From Cyanophora paradoxa CCMP329 (lineage: Eukaryota > Plantae > Glaucophyta): DNA of 64,000 nucleotides. The notes under the pieces were generated by a model. The model was given only the letters and a program-made list of their open reading frames with translations. It made no database searches and had not been told where the DNA came from. The position numbers and the translations under genes were made by a program. Within the stretch, counting starts at the first letter, position 1. Each line of letters opens with the position of its first letter. Of the stretch, positions 59,534-64,000 are shown in pieces. The stretch covers positions 744,001-808,000 of the forward strand of contig QPMI01000408.1 of assembly GCA_004431415.1 (NCBI GenBank), in the 5' to 3' direction.

Positions 59534-61296
59534 GGCTGGAGTCGGGATCGGAATCCGCGGACTCAGGCTCAGCGAAATCAGTAGGCCGATCAGGGCCGTA
59601 GCCAACGAGCTCGTCCGGGGCCGGCGCAGGGAAACGCAGGTGAGCCTGCTGCGCAGCGCTCGTGGCATGGAGCGCAGTGGAACGAGCCGCGGGTAGGCCG
59701 CCGACGTGCTTGCGAGACGGGCCGTCGGGGCGGTGCACGGGGACAGAGGCCGTGCTGTCATGATCGAGCTGCATCGCGGCAAGCTCGGGAGGCTGGAGGG
59801 CCGCAGCCGTCGTGTACTCGGGGTCGCTGGCAACCCGCTGAATGCGAGTGCCAGGGGCGGAGCCGTCGACATAGCCTTTGGCGCCGAGGGCCATTGCGTG
59901 GCCGATGCAAGCGATGAGCTGCTGCTCATGTTTCTCGAACGGGCGGATCGAGGGGTCGGAGGCGCTGTGACGCCGAGCAGCCGCGTTGAGCTCGTCCCAT
60001 TGCGGGCTGCTGAGTGGCTCGCCCAGGACCGTAAGGTCCTCGCCCGCGACATTGGCGATCGAATTCAGGTAAGTGCTAAGCAGCTGCGCATTCGGCGGCT
60101 GCTTCGCGAGCTCAGTTGACATCATGGCACACCAGTTCTGCACGCGCCGATAGTGCCGTGCGCCGTCGACGGCGGAGCTGGCGGCCTGAGCGATGAGACG
60201 CTGGCGCAAGGGCGGCGGCGGCGCTTGCTGCGGGCGAGCGCTCGAACTGGCCGCGGCGGGCCGGAACGAGGAGGAGCTGGCCGCGGCCGGCTGCTGCGCA
60301 GCGGGTGCGTAGATCTCTTGGCCCCAACCGTACCCGCCGGACCCGTACATTTGGGGCTGCAGCGGCGGCGGCGCCTGCTGCCAGGCCGGGGGTTGGGGAG
60401 GGGGCGCCGTGGCCGGCGGGCGCGAGGCCTGGGCCTGGCGCGGAGCCTGTGACTGGCGCGAGGCCTGTGGCTGGCGCGAGGCCTGGGCCGGCTGCACGGG
60501 GGCCGCCTGCGCCACGCGCTCTGGATGCGGCGTCGGCGCGAGCGCGAAGCCACGGCGCAACGCCTCGGTACGCGCGAAGTTGAGCAGATTGTCCGTCGGC
60601 ATCAGTACCGGGACACCGAGGATTCCGAGCTGCTCGCGGAGCTCGTCATCGGTCATGTTCGCGATCTCCGGGGCACAGGGCCGAGGCGGTGGCGCATGTG
60701 CGCCGGCCCTACAGGTCCCTTACGGGCAGGAGATTGCGAGTCGTCGCGCGCACGCTTGTGGCTAGCCGGCGTCGCTTGGCCTAGCGACGGGCTCGGCGAC
60801 GTAGTGCTACGGGCGGGGCTGCGGTCGCGGGACGAGGGCGTGGACGCCCCGGCCCCTTGAGCTCCGTGCGAGCGCGCAAAAATATCGAGGGGGTCGCGGC
60901 CGTTCCACGCGCGAACCAGGCTAGCCGGCAGGCGGTAGTGAAACGGCGTAATCGCGACGCGCGAGGGGCCCAGCGCGGGTGCCATCTCAAGCGCGGGGTA
61001 CGGCGCATCGGCCGTGCGCACAGTGTCGAGGACCGGAGCGGCGGTCAAATGGTTGAGCCGCAGGGTCGGGACAGGCGATGTGGACCCGGCCATGAGCGGC
61101 CAAAGAGTTTTGTATATTTCCTGAGTCCAATCGCGGAATGCATCGCGAACCTGCTGCTGCGCGCAGGGCGGGTGACGAGCGTACTGCTCGTGATAGCTGT
61201 TGGCGTTGGTAAAGCCACAGGTCTCGCGGAGGGCCTCCGAGACACCCAGAGCCGACGTTTCGGCGGGCAGCAGGCGCTCGAGGAAGCGCAATGGAA
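59534..61296 (-). CDS. Gag-like ORF of the Gypsy element (called by position), cut at the right by the YR element
   Basis: ...FAEPESADSDPDSS joins in frame to QLPAPVPIGRV...DTGA (protease) once the LINE is removed. One frameshift near 60660. No zinc knuckle seen. Confidence 0.65.
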
Positions 61297-64000
61297 TTTA
61301 CGCCTCGCTTCATTCGAATGCAGAAGACCTAGCTATCTTACGCCTGGCACTACTTAGCTAGATGCACGGGATAGCGCATCAGGTTGGGCCCTGAGGTACG
61401 GCAGCTCAAGGCTGCTTTCCCGGGAACCACGTATCATAATACGTTGGCGATCGACCAGGGCGGATCGCCGTATGCCATTCCGGCCTCGCCCTTGCGAGTT
61501 CCGGAACAAGAACTCTCCGGGGTAAGCGCGCTAGGCGCCTGTACCCCGGGGAGGGCCGTTGCGGGTCGAGACGGTGTACCCCGCTCGGGGGTACTCCTCT
61601 CGGGGCCGTCGCGGGGCCGATCGGGGTACCCCGCTCGGGGGTACACTTGATCGGGGCCGCTCTGACGCCGTACCCCTCTCCGGGGTACGCGTTCGGCCTC
61701 GGGCCGCGCCTTGTGGGGCCGGTTGGGGCGAACAGCGTACCCCGGGGAGGGGTACGCGGTTTCTTCCGGGTTCGGGGATCCGAAGCCGGGTACCGCCGCC
61801 GGAGGCCGCGGGGGTGAGCGTAGCGAACGCAGCACGAATGCAGTACCCCCTACCACGCGCATAGCGTGTCCGTCGTCCGCAGACGACCATGAGACCAAGG
61901 GGTCGTACAACATACGACAACCGAGGCTCATCAAAAACCAACAGGACTCCGAAACATGCGCGAAGTCTCCCCCCGCGCCGGGGCGGCAGACTCGAAAACC
62001 CAGCAAGTTACCGCGGGAAAAACCGCGTAACGGTCATGCGCGCTGGACCCCGGCTCGGCACCCGCGGGTCCAGAGGAAAAACAGGGTAAAACCCAGCGGT
62101 GAAAACCCGAGATTCTCCACGAAGCCGCGCGACTGTTTCTTGGGGGCGCGCTGGACCCCGGCCCGGCACAAGTGGGTCCAGCGGACGCGCGTGGAAAACG
62201 AATGACGACCGGTACACCGAGTCTGCGCGGTTCGTGCCCGAATCTTCGACGGGACTATTGTAAATTACCACGGATCAGCTGTGCACGACCACGTCCGCGC
62301 TGGTGGCCGGCACCGAGCGGGAGTAACATCCGGAACCGTGTGCACAGGAGACGACAAGGAACCACGTATTATAATACCCTCGGCGAACGCTGGCGCTGGT
62401 CGCCGTATGCATTGCCTTTTTTGCGCGAACTTTTCGCGGCGCCGGGGCTCGCTGGGTGGCGAGGTTCGGCGCCCCGGAAGGAAAAATCGCGGGGAGGTGG
62501 GCGGGAGCGATTTCGCTTCGCCGCTGGTCGCTTCGTGGCCTGGAGCGGCCGCGAGCGAAGCTGGGCGTGAAGGGAAACCCCGAATCAGCGTACCCCCCGG
62601 AGCTCGGCGGCTTCAAGCCCGCCGGCTCGGCCCAACGGCTAGCTCAGCTAGTCCCTTGCGGGACGCTCGCTGCAGCCTGCTGCTTATCCCGTGCTCGCCT
62701 CGCGCCGCTCCGCGGCTAGCGAGTCGCTCAGCTCTTTTGTGCCTGGCGCTCGGCTACGGTCTTCTTTGTTCGCATTCCGTCGGCGCAAAACTCGATTTAC
62801 GCATTGAGAGCGCAAATCCCGATTTACGCCTCGCTTCATTCGAATGCAGAAGACCTAGCTATCTTACGCCTGGCACTACTTAGCTAGATGCACGGGATAG
62901 CGCATCAGGTTGGGCCCTGAGGTACGGCAGCTCAAGGCTGCTTTCCCGGGAACCACGTATCATAATACGTTGGCGATCGACCAGGGCGGATCGCCGTATG
63001 CCATTCCGGCCTCGCCCTTGCGAGTTCCGGAACAAGAACTCTCCGGGGTAAGCGCGCTAGGCGCCTGTACCCCGGGGAGGGCCGTTGCGGGTCGAGACGG
63101 TGTACCCCGCTCGGGGGTACTCCTCTCGGGGCCGTCGCGGGGCCGATCGGGGTACCCCGCTCGGGGGTACACTTGATCGGGGCCGCTCTGACGCCGTACC
63201 CCTCTCCGGGGTACGCGTTCGGCCTCGGGCCGCGCCTTGTGGGGCCGGTTGGGGCGAACAGCGTACCCCGGGGAGGGGTACGCGGTTTCTTCCGGGTTCG
63301 GGGATCCGAAGCCGGGTACCGCCGCCGGAGGCCGCGGGGGTGAGCGTAGCGAACGCAGCACGAATGCAGTACCCCCTACCAAACAAGAGTCAGGTCACAG
63401 CCAGCCAGAATAGCATACATTGCACCAAGCATAAAACGCTGGAGCGGCCGGGGGGGAAAAGAGCGGGGCCCTTTATGAGCCCCCCTTCCCCTCCGGCTCC
63501 GCATCCCCCGCTCCCTATCCTTCCCCGCCCGCGCACCGCGCGGGCCCTCGCGTGTCATTCTCGATTGCCAGTACGGCTAACCGTGAATGCATTTTTACAC
63601 GCTACAACGCCGGGCTAAAAGCCGAGGTCGGCGAGGTCGGAGGAGAGGAGGAACAGGTAATCCTCGATGTACCCCTGGGGAACCGAGGAGTACAGGGCCC
63701 AACGACCGTGACGGCGGATCCAGGTCGCCGGCAGGCCGCGGCGGGCCGCAGCCGTGGCGCCGCCGCGGCGGAGGCTGTGCCCGGAGAAGTCCGCGGGGTC
63801 GTGGCCGACCGCGCCGGCCACCTCCTTCACCAGGCGCCGTAGGAAGCCGGCGGTGACCGCGGTCGACGGGTCGGAGAGACGCGGGAATAGTGGGGCCGTG
63901 GCCGGGGCGTCGGCCCGGTTCTCGCTCAGGTGGGACGCGAGCAGTCGCACGGGCAGGACGGACTGTGGCGGGCGGGCGTCAGGTAGACGACGGCGCCGCG
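61297..64000 (-). mobile_element. 3' end of a tyrosine-recombinase retrotransposon with split direct repeats (Ngaro-like)
   Basis: YR ORF followed by B1 63381-62823, A2 62822-62507, C, and B2 61855-61297. This is the reverse complement of 29630-31757 with modest divergence. Confidence 0.9.
63615..64000 (-). CDS. Tyrosine recombinase, C-terminal catalytic part
   Basis: CPV..APLF, FSGHSLRRGGAT (HxxR), IRRHGRW and the catalytic Tyr in VPQGYI. Confidence 0.93.
   Translation of the reverse strand, partial: RRRRLPDARPPQSVLPVRLLASHLSENRADAPATAPLFPRLSDPSTAVTAGFLRRLVKEVAGAVGHDPADFSGHSLRRGGATAAARRGLPATWIRRHGRWALYSSVPQGYIEDYLFLLSSDLADLGF

Larger units (their letters stand above)
13133..61296 (-). mobile_element. 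Ty3/Gypsy LTR retrotransposon, fragmented by nested insertions; 5' LTR outside the window
   Basis: Order on the minus strand is gag-like, PR, RT, RNase H, IN, PPT, LTR. The fragments rejoin in frame when the nested elements are removed. Confidence 0.9.

Noticed and set aside
29630-63420. One giant DNA transposon with 2-kb terminal inverted repeats
   Set aside because: Each arm belongs to its own split-repeat element, and the Gypsy frame is continuous across the left element.
63615-64000. Phage integrase or bacterial contamination
   Set aside because: The YR sits directly before a B-A-B split-repeat module typical of eukaryotic YR retrotransposons.

Overview
This window is GC-rich eukaryotic nuclear DNA with short spliceosomal introns (GTGCGC/GTCCGC/GTACGC donors, at least one GC-AG intron). 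An MAF-type plastid transit peptide suggests a glaucophyte such as Cyanophora (inference). The first 13 kb hold four multi-exon host genes: two of unknown function, an F-box/LRR-like gene, and a fibronectin-type-III (FN3) membrane protein gene. From 13133 to the end is one nested retrotransposon complex that can be taken apart at base resolution. A minus-strand Ty3/Gypsy element inserted into an exon of the FN3 gene. It was then hit by (i) an 11.8-kb non-autonomous split-direct-repeat (Ngaro-like) element with no TSD that carries a ~46-copy 139-bp satellite; (ii) a 5'-truncated LINE (16-bp TSD, poly(A)) encoding APE, RT, RNase H, a Zn-finger and, unusually, a 3' Ulp1/SENP-like cysteine protease; and (iii) a tyrosine-recombinase-encoding member of the same split-repeat family. 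The LINE was in turn split by an 18.2-kb LTR element with no recognisable pol (283-bp LTRs, CGGGG TSD) containing a 7.57-kb tandem duplication. Many ORF breaks fall in homopolymers and may be long-read errors. All domain calls come from visual motif recognition; no database search was run.
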